Below, piece after piece: positions 10,483 through 20,121 of a DNA stretch of 64,000 nucleotides (positions within the stretch are counted from its first letter, which is position 1; each line of letters opens with the position of its first letter). Source of the stretch: Candidatus Krumholzibacteriota bacterium (lineage in GTDB: Bacteria; Krumholzibacteriota; Krumholzibacteriia; Krumholzibacteriales; Krumholzibacteriaceae); contig DAOUUU010000001.1 of NCBI GenBank assembly GCA_030667985.1, positions 12,020 through 76,019 on the forward strand, written 5' to 3'. Below the pieces are notes generated by a model that was given only the letters and a program-made list of their open reading frames with translations, was not told where the DNA came from and ran no database searches. The position numbers and the translations under genes were made by a program.

Positions 10483-11397
10483 CTACCGCAGTGTGCGCCT
10501 TTTGTTAAGATATGAAACGAGAGCGTGGTCGAACGGTGTATCTGTCGTTATGAGGTTATAGTCTATGACATTCCGCTTGCAGGTGCGATCGAGCTCGCTT
10601 ATCCAGCTCTTCACGTTCTTCCGGTATTCCTGGCCGAGAAACCAGGGCCGCGTTCTGAGCCTCTCCCCTGTCTCCTTGTCCACGAACTGGACTTCGCCGC
10701 TGAAAGCCAGCGAGAGCTCGCTTGGATCGAGTATGTGAAAAACGACGACCTCGTGTCCCCGGTGGCGGAAGTGTTTCAGGCCGTTCATGACTCGCGATGG
10801 GTCGTCGAGAAGATCCGAGAAAAGGATCATCAACCCGCGCCTTCTGATCCGCTCCGCCATCTGGTGCAGGGCTCCGCCAACCGACGTCCCGGCCCCCGGC
10901 TCGACCTTTTCGAGGGAGCTAAGCAGCTGCAGCAGGTGGCGCCGTGCCGACCTGTGGGGCAGCGCCGACTGTATCTTTTCGTCAAAGACAACCAGTCCCA
11001 CGGCATCGCGCTGTTTGATCATCAGGTAGCTCAGCGCTGCGGCGAGCAGAGCTCCGTACCGGAGCTTGGTCAATCCGCCGCTCTCGTAATCCATCGAGGC
11101 GCTGCGATCGAGAAGAAGCGTTGCCCGCAGGTTCGTTTCATCCTCGAAGACCTTGATGTAATGACGATCTGTTTTTGCATAAATCTTCCAATCGACGTTC
11201 CTCGCCGATTCACCCAAGTTGTACTGGCGGTACTCGGCGAACTCGGCGCTGAAACCGTGGTATGGGCTCCTGTGAAGACCGGCGATAAAACCCTCGACGA
11301 TGAATCTTGCCTTGAGTTCCATGTTCTTTAGCCGGCTCACCACTTCGGGCCTCAGGAACTCGCTCGGTTTCGTCTTTCTCGCTGTCATCGGAATCAT
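10483..11397 (-). CDS. DUF58 (vWA-like) protein, MoxR partner
   Basis: DUF58 pattern: LLLDRSASMDY, a GxxALxxA region and HRGHEVVVFHILDP. Immediately downstream of the MoxR ATPase gene. Confidence 0.7.
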   Translation of the reverse strand: MIPMTARKTKPSEFLRPEVVSRLKNMELKARFIVEGFIAGLHRSPYHGFSAEFAEYRQYNLGESARNVDWKIYAKTDRHYIKVFEDETNLRATLLLDRSASMDYESGGLTKLRYGALLAAALSYLMIKQRDAVGLVVFDEKIQSALPHRSARRHLLQLLSSLEKVEPGAGTSVGGALHQMAERIRRRGLMILFSDLLDDPSRVMNGLKHFRHRGHEVVVFHILDPSELSLAFSGEVQFVDKETGERLRTRPWFLGQEYRKNVKSWISELDRTCKRNVIDYNLITTDTPFDHALVSYLNKRRTLR

Positions 11398-11457
11398 TGT
11401 CTTGCGGGCGTGAATCCGCTCCCTTCACCTCTGCGTGACGGAACTGACGCTAGTTTT

Positions 11458-12441
11458 TCATCCCGGTATCTTTTCGAGGAGCATGCTTATCAGATCGTCA
11501 GCTGATACCCCGTCCGATTCCGCGTGGAAATTTGTCACGAGACGGTGACGCAGAACCGGAAGAGCGACCGCACGGACATCCTCTATTCCCGGCGCTGTAC
11601 GACCGTTCATCAGGGCCCTGGTCTTTGCCCCCAGAATCAGATACTGTCCGGCGCGCGGTCCCGCCCCCCAGGAGAGATACTTGCCGATCTCCGATGACGC
11701 CTCGTCCCTGCTCGCCCGGACGAGCCTTACCGCATACTTCAGCACCTGCTCACTGACCGGAACCTTTCTGATCAGCTTCTGTATCTCGACGATCTCCGGT
11801 CCCGTGAGGACGCGATCGGGAACCGCCTGCTCGGTCGAGGTAGTCGTATCTACTATCTCGAACTCCTCGGTCTCCGAAGGATAATCGACCTTGATATCGA
11901 ACATAAACCTGTCGAGCTGCGCCTCGGGGAGAGGATAGGTCCCCTCGAGCTCTATCGGATTCTGTGTAGCCAGAACAAAAAAGGGAGGTTCGAGCAGGTG
12001 TGTGTTTCCTCCTGCCGTGACCTGGTACTCCTGCATCGCCTGTAACAGGGCCGATTGGGTCTTTGGCGGCGTCCTGTTTATCTCGTCCGCCAGTACCACG
12101 TTGGCGAACACCGGGCCCTTGATGAACCGAAAGACCCTGCGGCCCCGGGAAACATCCTCTTCTAGAATCTCTGTTCCTGTGATGTCGCTCGGCATCAGAT
12201 CGGGCGTGAACTGGATCCTCGAGAAATGAAGGTTCACGCAGTGTGCGACCGTCGAGACGAGCAGCGTCTTTGCCAGTCCGGGAACACCGACGAGCAGGCA
12301 GTGCCCCCCTGCAAAAAAAGCGGTCAGGAGCTCCTCGACGACCCGGTCCTGCCCGACGATGACGCGTCCGATCTCTCCGCGCAGGCGCGTATGCGCCGAT
12401 TCAAAATTCCCAAGGAGCTCTCGCTCGTTTTTTTCGTTCAT
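11458..12441 (-). CDS. MoxR-family AAA+ ATPase
   Basis: Walker A GVPGLAKT, the MoxR-specific PDLMPSDITGTEIL motif and the characteristic ~325-aa length. Confidence 0.85.
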   Translation of the reverse strand: MNEKNERELLGNFESAHTRLRGEIGRVIVGQDRVVEELLTAFFAGGHCLLVGVPGLAKTLLVSTVAHCVNLHFSRIQFTPDLMPSDITGTEILEEDVSRGRRVFRFIKGPVFANVVLADEINRTPPKTQSALLQAMQEYQVTAGGNTHLLEPPFFVLATQNPIELEGTYPLPEAQLDRFMFDIKVDYPSETEEFEIVDTTTSTEQAVPDRVLTGPEIVEIQKLIRKVPVSEQVLKYAVRLVRASRDEASSEIGKYLSWGAGPRAGQYLILGAKTRALMNGRTAPGIEDVRAVALPVLRHRLVTNFHAESDGVSADDLISMLLEKIPG

Positions 12442-12525
12442 CTGTACCTATCCTTTTTGAGAGCGGCGTGGCGGGTATCGGTTCGGGAGCCGGCTGAACC
12501 GGCTCCCGTCATATCATTTTTCGCG

Positions 12526-14415
12526 TTATGACTGCGGCTTCTGTTTCATGTGCTTGTCGAGAAACTTGAGGATCGCGCTGTATCCCTCGATCTGGTTCTC
12601 CTTCTTTATGAACCCGTGCCCCTCGTCCTCGAATATCACATACTCGACCGGGACGCCGTTCGCCTTTACCGCTTCGACGATCTCGTCGGATTCGGATTGG
12701 ATCACGCGAGGATCGTTCGCGCCCTGAAGAACCATGAGCGGCCGCACTATGTTCTTCGCGTGGAACAGTGGAGAGATGCTGTAGAGATACTCCTCGTCCG
12801 TCTCCGGATCGCCCATCTCGACGTAGAGCGCCTTGCGGAACGACTCCCACCAGGGAGGGATGCTCTCGAGCGTTCTCACCCAGTTAGAGACACCGAACAG
12901 ATCGACGCCTGCGGCGAATTCCTCCGGCCTGAAGGCAAGCGCCGCCAGCACCATGTATCCCCCGTAGCTCGCGCCTGCAATCCCCACCCTTTCTTTGTCG
13001 ACATAACCCGTCGCATCGAGGAAATCCTTTGCCATTACGCAGTCGTCGAGATCTCCCTCGCCGTGCTTCCGATCATCAAGCTTGTAGAAACTTTTTCCGT
13101 AGCCGGAGCTTCCTCTGTTGTTTACAGCGAGAACGGCGTAGCCGTGGTTTACGATGTACTGGATAAACGAGCTATACCAGACCCTCGCCTGGCCGCCTGG
13201 GCCTCCGTGGACCCAGATTAGCGCCGGGATCTTCCCGTTGCATTCCGCGCCGTGCGGCTTGTAGTAGATCGCGGGGATCTCGAGACCGTCTGTCGATAAA
13301 TACCGCACGACCTCGGCATCGACCAGATCTCTCTTGTCGATCTCCGGGTTCATCGAATCGGTCAGTTTTCTGTAATCGCCGGTCCTGAAATCGTAGACGT
13401 AGAGATCGCTCGGCGAACGCGAACCGTTCACGTAGAAGCGCATAAGATTTTCGCTCTTTGATATTCCTACAGATGTGATGACGCCCTCCGGCATCTCCGG
13501 GAACTCTACCGGCTCGCCGGTAACGATATCGTACACGCGCATCTCGGTTCTCGCGTCGTTGTTGATCGCCGTCACCCGGTACCTGTTGTGCCAGGAAAGA
13601 TATGAGTAGCTGATATCCCAATCCGCCGTCTCCACCGTTTCGAAAGCCCCGGTATCAAGATCGTAGGACTTTAAGTACCTGAACTCGCTCCCTTCGTCCG
13701 TTAGGAAAAAGAGTTTCTTGGAATCGACGGTGAATTGGTACGGTGAGTAATTTATATCGCCTTCATGAGGACTCAGGTGCCTCAGCTTCTTTTTCTGGCG
13801 ATCGAATATGTACATGTCGGAGTCGTGCACCGTGTGGGTTTTCGAAAGCGCCACATACCGCTTATCGGACGACACGTCGGCGATATCGTATCCCGTATCG
13901 TTCTGGTAGAAGATTTCGGGAATGAATGTCTTGATATCCATCTCGTAGAGATCCATGAAGCGTTCATCCCGTTTGTTGCAGGAGAAGAAAAAGCTTTTCC
14001 CGTCTCTGCTCCAGAAATTGTAGGTCGCCCTGGCTCCCTCGTACGGCGTCAGATCTTTCGCCTTGCCCTTCTCGTCTATCATGTAGACATGATAGATCTC
14101 GTTTCCGCCGTCGTCGCTGAGATAGAGAAACCGGTCGTCGCCCGGAAAGTAACTCACCGCGAAGACCGAGTTCTCGGTCGACTGCGTTAGCTGAATCGCT
14201 GTGCCCCCCTTTACCGACATCGAGTAGGCGTTGTATATACCCGTTTCGTTGCTGTTGAAGAGTATCTTCGAATCATCATGAGAGAACGAACCGCCGAATA
14301 TCGATACGGTGTCGAGAAACTGGTCGATCGTGTACTGCTGCACAGCTCTCTTGCCGCAACCGGGCAGGAGCAGGGCCAGGGCGACGATCAAAACGAGAAA
14401 AATCCTCGGTCTCAT
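12526..14415 (-). CDS. S9 (prolyl oligopeptidase family) serine peptidase lipoprotein with N-terminal beta-propeller
   Basis: The C-terminal alpha/beta hydrolase carries the S9 motifs WVHGGPGGQ and GASYGGYM. The N-terminus has TolB/DPP-like repeats. Start is the ATG with AGGAGG 5 nt upstream, followed by lipobox LLPGC; the ORF extends to 14487. Confidence 0.85.
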   Translation of the reverse strand: MRPRIFLVLIVALALLLPGCGKRAVQQYTIDQFLDTVSIFGGSFSHDDSKILFNSNETGIYNAYSMSVKGGTAIQLTQSTENSVFAVSYFPGDDRFLYLSDDGGNEIYHVYMIDEKGKAKDLTPYEGARATYNFWSRDGKSFFFSCNKRDERFMDLYEMDIKTFIPEIFYQNDTGYDIADVSSDKRYVALSKTHTVHDSDMYIFDRQKKKLRHLSPHEGDINYSPYQFTVDSKKLFFLTDEGSEFRYLKSYDLDTGAFETVETADWDISYSYLSWHNRYRVTAINNDARTEMRVYDIVTGEPVEFPEMPEGVITSVGISKSENLMRFYVNGSRSPSDLYVYDFRTGDYRKLTDSMNPEIDKRDLVDAEVVRYLSTDGLEIPAIYYKPHGAECNGKIPALIWVHGGPGGQARVWYSSFIQYIVNHGYAVLAVNNRGSSGYGKSFYKLDDRKHGEGDLDDCVMAKDFLDATGYVDKERVGIAGASYGGYMVLAALAFRPEEFAAGVDLFGVSNWVRTLESIPPWWESFRKALYVEMGDPETDEEYLYSISPLFHAKNIVRPLMVLQGANDPRVIQSESDEIVEAVKANGVPVEYVIFEDEGHGFIKKENQIEGYSAILKFLDKHMKQKPQS

Positions 14416-14982
14416 GCTGCCTCCTCTTTGAACCAATACGACGACGCCGTTCCGTCCGTTTTCGCATGGGCGGCGCATCATATACATCCGGGTTCCATTA
14501 TTTTATACTCGCAGGGCGCGCTGGAGTCCCCGATCGCCCGCCCGTAACATGGTGCGGGATCGCCACTCTCCCTTCTTTGCCCTTACATCAAGTTATACGC
14601 AATATATCGAGAATGTTCCATTGTTTTTCAGGTTTTGAATCAGCCTGCCTCGAGGAACTGATACGCATAATCCTCTGTTCGAGATGGATAACATGAAATT
14701 CGGCGTAGGCATGGCACGAAGGGGCTGGCTCGAGAAGCCAGGCATCCTCAACACGATGCCGGCCAGATCGCATATCTCCATCCTCCACAAGAAACGAGAA
14801 CGCTCGGGATGATCCCCCCGGACAAGCACTTACCCCAATGCTGCCATAATGGCAGTTTTGGTTATGCCGCACTGTCTTTGTGGCGTGTTTTGGCTGTGCC
14901 AATCTTCAAAAACTGACGTGCCTCTTTGCCACTAACCGCCCAACTTATAATATAACACGCAGTTGAGCTGTGTGTGTAGCTT

Positions 14983-14998
14983 TGGCACGAGGCATGCG
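14983..14998 (+). promoter_or_regulatory. Candidate sigma-54 (-24/-12) promoter TGGCACGAGGCATGC upstream of hsp20
   Basis: TGGCAC with GG and GC separated by 10 nt, about 80 nt upstream of the hsp20 ATG. The -12 element is ATGC rather than TTGC. Several further TGGCAC/GTGCCA-like repeats occur in 14700-14990. Confidence 0.3.
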
Positions 14999-15075
14999 AA
15001 TGACTATGAACAGATAATGAAATAGGGAGTTTTCATAAACTTGCTTTTGGAAATGGAAAGGGGAGGTGACCGGAA

Positions 15076-15525
15076 ATGGCACTCATAAGATGGACGCCGG
15101 GCAGAGAAGTCGTTGGTATTCAGGAGGAGATGAACAGGATGTTCGACAATTTCTTCGGTACGCCGCGGAGGGCCGAGAAGGATGACCGCATGCTCTACTG
15201 GACACCGCGCGTCAATGTCGAAGAGACCGACTACCAGTTCGAAGTCACGGCGGAGCTTCCAGGCCTCAACAAGGACGACGTCAAGATCGAGATCAAGGAC
15301 CACGCGCTGACCTTTACGGGCGAGAAGAAGACCGAGAAGGAGAACAAGGACCGGAACGTCCACCTCTACGAGCGTGCATACGGGAAATTCTGCAGAACCT
15401 TCACGCTGCCCGACAATGTCGATGTCGACAAGATCGAGGCCGAATTCAAAGACGGCATCCTTCAGATCGATATTCCAAAGACCGAAGAGGCGAAGCCCAG
15501 GCAAGTCGAAGTCCAGGTCAAGTAG
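15076..15525 (+). CDS. Small heat-shock protein, Hsp20/alpha-crystallin family
   Basis: 149 aa, alpha-crystallin domain (WTPRVNVEE..FEV..LPG...ERAYGKFCRTFTLP..V..I.A.F.DG.L.I.IPK). AGGAGGTG RBS upstream. Confidence 0.9.
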   Translation: MALIRWTPGREVVGIQEEMNRMFDNFFGTPRRAEKDDRMLYWTPRVNVEETDYQFEVTAELPGLNKDDVKIEIKDHALTFTGEKKTEKENKDRNVHLYERAYGKFCRTFTLPDNVDVDKIEAEFKDGILQIDIPKTEEAKPRQVEVQVK

Positions 15526-15553
15526 TCTCGAGTCCCGGATTTACGCTCAATTG

Positions 15554-15585
15554 AAAAGGGGTCGGCTGAAAGCCGTCCCCTTTGC
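15554..15585. terminator. Bidirectional rho-independent terminator between hsp20 and the bactofilin gene
   Basis: An 11-bp stem AAGGGGTCGGC/GCCGTCCCCTT (one U-U mismatch) with loop TGAAA, followed by TTTGCTATTA. It lies between convergent genes. Confidence 0.6.
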
Positions 15586-15666
15586 TATTATCTTAATCTA
15601 TACTATCCGCCCGAGGCCCTTGAGTTGCCGTCGGCCATCTATAACTAACCGGCCATCTCGCAGGAT

Positions 15667-16107
15667 CTATTTCTGGCCCGTCTCGACAGTCTCTTTCTTT
15701 TCCTCTTCCGCCCTCTGTGCGCCGAAAGACTTGAAGGACTCGTTCTTCTGGTCCGGGCTCATCTTGCAAGCCCCTTCAAAGAAGACACCCTCGTCGATTA
15801 CGAGACGGCTCGTCTTGATATCGCCCTGCAGACGCGATCCGGACTGGAGTTCAATCTTATCCTTGGCATTGATGTTGCCTATAACGTGACCGCCGACGAC
15901 CGCGTTCTTGACCGTTATCTCGGCCGTGACCTTTCCGTCCTTGCCGATGACCAAGGTATCGGGACAATTGATATTTCCCTCGAATTCTCCGTCTACTCTC
16001 AGGGTTCCATCCTTGACCTCGACAGTTCCTTTGACTTTGCATCCTTTGCCGATAATCGAGTTCATCTTGCCCTCCCCGGTCATATTTTCTCCTTCTTTGC
16101 TGAACAT
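15667..16107 (-). CDS. Bactofilin (DUF583/CcmA-like polymer-forming cytoskeletal protein)
   Basis: The bactofilin beta-helix repeat pattern IIGKGCKVKGTVEVKDGTLRVDGEFEGNI.....VIGKDGKV.A.I....VGGHVIGNI is present. Start is the ATG with GGGAGGAA 5 nt upstream; the ORF extends to 16158 with a GTG that would overlap the M23 stop. Confidence 0.8.
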   Translation of the reverse strand: MFSKEGENMTGEGKMNSIIGKGCKVKGTVEVKDGTLRVDGEFEGNINCPDTLVIGKDGKVTAEITVKNAVVGGHVIGNINAKDKIELQSGSRLQGDIKTSRLVIDEGVFFEGACKMSPDQKNESFKSFGAQRAEEEKKETVETGQK

Positions 16108-16154
16108 CGTTTCCTCCCTGCCTTTATCCTTCTTTTTTAGTATCATAACCCCCC

Positions 16155-16934
16155 TCACTGCAACAGATAATTTAACGGGTCCACATAATTATTATTCTGA
16201 ATGACCTCGAAATGAACGTGGGGCGCCGTGCTTTTGCCGGTATTGCCCGAATATCCGATCGTCTGCCCCCTTCCTATTCTCTCGCCCTTCATAACCGCAA
16301 GCCTGTCGTTGTGTGCGTAGAGTGTCTTTATGCCATATACGTGTTCGATCATCACGTAGTATCCGTACATGTCGTCCCACCCCGACTCGAGTACATATCC
16401 GGCGGCTGCGGCACGTACCGGCGTACCCCTTGGTACCGCAATATCTATGCCCGGATGATAATTCTCGTTTTCTGAACCGCTCGATACGCTGAACCCCCTC
16501 GTTATATAGCCCCTGACCGGCCAGAAGTTCGGCGTCGAGTACAACCCCTGTTCCTGATCCGCAGGGAATCCATTGGCGGCCGCACTCCTGTGCGCCATCT
16601 CGGGCTGCATGGCGAGGCTGTCCTCCTCGCTTACATCGATGCCGAGCATCCTTCTCACTTGAAGATTCATCGTGCGCATCGAGGCGAGGTTTCTCATCAG
16701 TTCCCCGACCTGCTCACTTCTTCTTGTGAGCTCAGTCACCTGTCTTTCCATCATCACCACATCGCGTGCCTTGAGCAAAAGTCTGCCATACGTAGCAACG
16801 AATATGGTCATCGCAACTACTCCGACGCAGGCGATTACAACGAGCGCATAAAAGAGCCTGTACGACACCCTGTACTGCTTTGTCCCCTGCTGGTCGCCGG
16901 GAACGACGATGACGGTGAATGTGCCTTTCTTCAT
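16155..16934 (-). CDS. M23-family metallopeptidase (LytM/EnvC-like) with N-terminal TM and coiled coil
   Basis: M23 motifs HPGIDIAVPRGTPV, a YVMIEH region and GNTGKSTAPHVHFEV. N-terminal membrane anchor plus a helical segment. Confidence 0.85.
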   Translation of the reverse strand: MKKGTFTVIVVPGDQQGTKQYRVSYRLFYALVVIACVGVVAMTIFVATYGRLLLKARDVVMMERQVTELTRRSEQVGELMRNLASMRTMNLQVRRMLGIDVSEEDSLAMQPEMAHRSAAANGFPADQEQGLYSTPNFWPVRGYITRGFSVSSGSENENYHPGIDIAVPRGTPVRAAAAGYVLESGWDDMYGYYVMIEHVYGIKTLYAHNDRLAVMKGERIGRGQTIGYSGNTGKSTAPHVHFEVIQNNNYVDPLNYLLQ

Positions 16935-16978
16935 CTCTCTCGGCCCCTGGATAATCCAACTCGCTCGAGAACCTCTTC

Positions 16979-17869
16979 CTACAGCGCGAGGTCGATTCCC
17001 ATCCTCTCGAGGATCCTCTCCAGATCCTCGTTCGAATAGAACTCTACAGAAACGACTCCGCCCTTGCGTCTTGATGCGACGTGAACCCTGGTTCCGAAAT
17101 GGGCCTCGAGAGTCTCCTCGATCGCTCTGACATGAGGATCGACCTTCCTGGTCCTCCCCCTCTTCTTGCGGCGCCTGCCGACCCCTCCCTCCCTCTCGAC
17201 TTCCCTCACTGTAATTCCTTCAATTACAACACGTTTCGCCCATCGTATCTTCTCGTCGTCGTCCTCGATCGCAAGTATCGCTCTCGCATGACCAGCTGTC
17301 AGCCCTCCCGAGTCTATCATGCCAATCACTATTTCGGGCAAGCTCAATAACCGCAATGCGTTAGCGATGGTACTCCTGTCTTTTCCAATCATGCGGGCTA
17401 TGTCGGCCGTCGAGAATCCGAACTCCTCCTTGAGCTCGAGATACCCCTTTGCCTCATCTATCGGATTGAGGTCTTCTCGCTGTAAATTTTCTAATAACGC
17501 CCATTTGAGAGATTCGGAATCATCTGCGTCTCTGACGATAGCAGGAATCGAGGTCTTACCCGCTATCCGAGCCGCCCTGAGCCTCCTCTCGCCCATTATG
17601 AGCTGATACCCATCCTCGTGCCTCCGCACGACAACGGGCTGCATCAGGCCGTGCTGCTCTATCGATGCGGCGAGCCTCTCCAACGGAGCCTTCTCGAAGC
17701 GGCTCCTGGGCTGTCGAGGATTCGGCTCGATCCGCTCGATATCGAGCTCCTTGACCCGTTCCGTCTCGGAGACGCTCTCCCTGAGATCGGTCGAGATCAG
17801 GGCTTCGAGACCCCTTCCGAGCACCTTCCTCTTCACATCAATCACCCCTTCCTGCCGCCTGTTTTCCAT
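16979..17869 (-). CDS. parB: Chromosome partitioning protein ParB
   Basis: ParB box [12 protein letters not shown] and an HTH region; overlaps the parA stop. Confidence 0.9.
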   Translation of the reverse strand: MENRRQEGVIDVKRKVLGRGLEALISTDLRESVSETERVKELDIERIEPNPRQPRSRFEKAPLERLAASIEQHGLMQPVVVRRHEDGYQLIMGERRLRAARIAGKTSIPAIVRDADDSESLKWALLENLQREDLNPIDEAKGYLELKEEFGFSTADIARMIGKDRSTIANALRLLSLPEIVIGMIDSGGLTAGHARAILAIEDDDEKIRWAKRVVIEGITVREVEREGGVGRRRKKRGRTRKVDPHVRAIEETLEAHFGTRVHVASRRKGGVVSVEFYSNEDLERILERMGIDLAL

Positions 17870-18653
17870 ACACTAGCTCAAAGTGCTCCTCTCCCGCGCC
17901 CTGCTTCTGAATGAATTCCTCCGCCAGCTTGAGATAGCTGCGGGAACCGGCGCTCTGGACATCGTAGAGAAGGACCGGGCGCCCGAAGCTCGGACACTCG
18001 CTGAGTCTCACATTCCTCGGTATTATCGTATCGTAGACCTTGTCTCCAAAGTAGGATATGGCCTCCTCGGCTACCCGTCTTGAGAGATTAAGGCGCTTGT
18101 CGAACATGGTCATCAGAACACCCTCTATCCTTAGATCCGGGTTGAGATGCTTCTGCACCATCCTGATCGTACTGAGAAGCTGGCTCAACCCCTCAAGCGC
18201 GTAGTATTCACACTGTATGGGTATGAGGACCGAATCGGCCGCCGTAAGAGTATTCAGCGTAATAAGCCCCAGGCTCGGCGGGGCATCGACTATGACAAAC
18301 TCGTACCGCCCCGCAATGTCCGAGAGGGCGTTCTTGAGCTTCATCTCCCTCGCGATCTGGGATACGAGCTCTATCTCCGCCCCTATAAGCCGCGGATGAG
18401 AGGGAATTATATCGACGAGGTCGGTCTCCCTGATTGTATCTTCCGCGCGCGCGGCACCTATGAGTACCTCGTATATCGTGTTCTCTTTCTCGGTTGCAAC
18501 AACACCAAGCCCGCTGCTCGCATTCGCCTGAGGATCAATGTCGACAAGGAGCACCTTCCGCTCGGCCGCCCCGAGGCTAGCGCTCAGATTTACAGCCGTC
18601 GTGGTCTTGCCCACGCCCCCCTTCTGATTCGCGATCGCGACTATTTTGCTCAT
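17838..18653 (-). CDS. parA: Chromosome partitioning ATPase ParA/Soj
   Basis: Deviant Walker A KGGVGKTT and the ParA family pattern; 271 aa. Confidence 0.9.
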   Translation of the reverse strand: MSKIVAIANQKGGVGKTTTAVNLSASLGAAERKVLLVDIDPQANASSGLGVVATEKENTIYEVLIGAARAEDTIRETDLVDIIPSHPRLIGAEIELVSQIAREMKLKNALSDIAGRYEFVIVDAPPSLGLITLNTLTAADSVLIPIQCEYYALEGLSQLLSTIRMVQKHLNPDLRIEGVLMTMFDKRLNLSRRVAEEAISYFGDKVYDTIIPRNVRLSECPSFGRPVLLYDVQSAGSRSYLKLAEEFIQKQGAGEEHFELVYGKQAAGRGD

Positions 18654-18676
18654 CTTTCCCCTTATCCTCCCACCAG

Positions 18677-19918
18677 CTACGGGCCAGACAACCCCGCCGG
18701 CGCGCTACTCAGCCACGGAATAAAGTCTACATAGGCCTCGATACTCGACGCGTCATGAGCATCCCATATCAGAGCCGGTATCGTTTCCTCCGAATCATAC
18801 CCGAGCCCCCAGAAGTTGTTCTCCGCCCGAATTGAATCGACCCCCACGTAAGAACCGAGATAGACCCCATACCCTACACCTACAACCCCGTTGGAATACA
18901 AAGAGTTATAGTGCATTTCAGGGGTAACGAAACCGGAGAGTTCGAATCCGTATTCGCGGTTGTTCGAAACTTGACAATGTGTCACCGTCGGAGTGTACCC
19001 ATCGATGGAGGAGCTCATATCAATGCCCGATTTCCTGTTATACCGCAGCGAGGACCCCTCCACGACCATGTAGCCGTTTCTCATATAGATTCCCGTGTAG
19101 TTCTCCCAAATAGTGCAGTCCGAAACCTCCAGGGTCCCTCCGTCCGACACCTCGATACCGTGTCGCTTGTTGTTTGTAAGGTACGAGTTTCCGATCACCA
19201 CCTCGGCGCTAGCCTGCACGAGCACACCTACATCGGCCGCATGTTGCTGCAAATATGCGATGTTTCCCTCCGCCGCTGGACCCACGAAAGCTATACCGGC
19301 CCATGAGCCCCCCACCGGTTCACAGTCATCCGGTCCCATCGTTACCGGGTTTTCCTCTGTTCCCTGTATCAAGAGCCTTCCCGTGACCTCGAAGCCGCTG
19401 TTAGTCCCGCGAGCAACGATCCTCACTCCCTCCATGATCGTAAAGGTCGTCCCTCCAAGGATCACGACCGGCTGCAGGTTGAGAAGATAGACATAACCCG
19501 AATCGGCTATAGCCGGGTACCGCGGCCTGTTCGTTACTATATCCACGGGGAATTCAGCGCCGACCTCGATCGTTGTCTGCAATCTGCTCTCCTCGATATC
19601 GTCGGTGACTATGAGCGTGATCACAGCCAAGCCCGGATCGTCGGGCGCGATCCATGTGACCATCTCCCCGCCGCCGGCCGGGTCGAAGGTTCCAGCGTTT
19701 GTAGCCCAGCTGTAGTAGAGCGGATCTCCGTCCTCATCGTCGGCCGACCCGATGAGAGGCACCTCCTCGCCGGTCGCCACGTAGCATGAAAGCTTCGTGA
19801 TCTCGAGGTTGCTCGGAGCCTCGTTCGGGAAGATATAGCCATCTTCACACCCCGCACCAATTACAATCGCGGTTGATAAAACGACTAACGCCATACTACT
19901 TAACCAGTTGCGCCTCAA
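18677..19918 (-). CDS. Secreted lipoprotein with Ig/PKD-like segment and right-handed parallel beta-helix repeats
   Basis: Lipobox VIGAGC. The sequence is rich in N/G/T/S with PbH1-like repeats ([36 protein letters not shown]). No catalytic motif recognised. Confidence 0.55.
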   Translation of the reverse strand: MRRNWLSSMALVVLSTAIVIGAGCEDGYIFPNEAPSNLEITKLSCYVATGEEVPLIGSADDEDGDPLYYSWATNAGTFDPAGGGEMVTWIAPDDPGLAVITLIVTDDIEESRLQTTIEVGAEFPVDIVTNRPRYPAIADSGYVYLLNLQPVVILGGTTFTIMEGVRIVARGTNSGFEVTGRLLIQGTEENPVTMGPDDCEPVGGSWAGIAFVGPAAEGNIAYLQQHAADVGVLVQASAEVVIGNSYLTNNKRHGIEVSDGGTLEVSDCTIWENYTGIYMRNGYMVVEGSSLRYNRKSGIDMSSSIDGYTPTVTHCQVSNNREYGFELSGFVTPEMHYNSLYSNGVVGVGYGVYLGSYVGVDSIRAENNFWGLGYDSEETIPALIWDAHDASSIEAYVDFIPWLSSAPAGLSGP

Positions 19919-20017
19919 TGGCTCCTCCTTGCAAGGGCGACTGTGGGGCTATTGGCATTATAGGTATGCCCCTTTTGTAACGCAACGAAAAAGAATTGAT
20001 TCTTTAAATAAAATCTG

Positions 20018-20117
20018 GTTTCACGTGAAACGGCGAGTATCTTGAGCTTGCCCGGGACGAATGATTGGGCCAATCTGTTATCTGAAATGCGCTTATAGAA
20101 TGTGTTCCACGTGAAAC
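20018..20117. promoter_or_regulatory. Two copies of a 14-bp palindromic operator-like motif GTTTCACGTGAAAC, 86 bp apart
   Basis: A perfect palindrome at 20018-20031 and a one-mismatch copy GTTCCACGTGAAAC at 20104-20117. Both lie upstream of the divergently oriented lipoprotein gene (start 19918) and downstream of the rsmG stop. Confidence 0.4.
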
Positions 20118-20121
20118 AGGA

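Noticed and set aside
14500-15075. tRNA or other structured RNA gene in the long S9-peptidase/hsp20 intergenic region
   Set aside because: No cloverleaf-compatible arrangement or T-loop GTTCGAATC-like motif was found; it was treated as a divergent promoter region instead.
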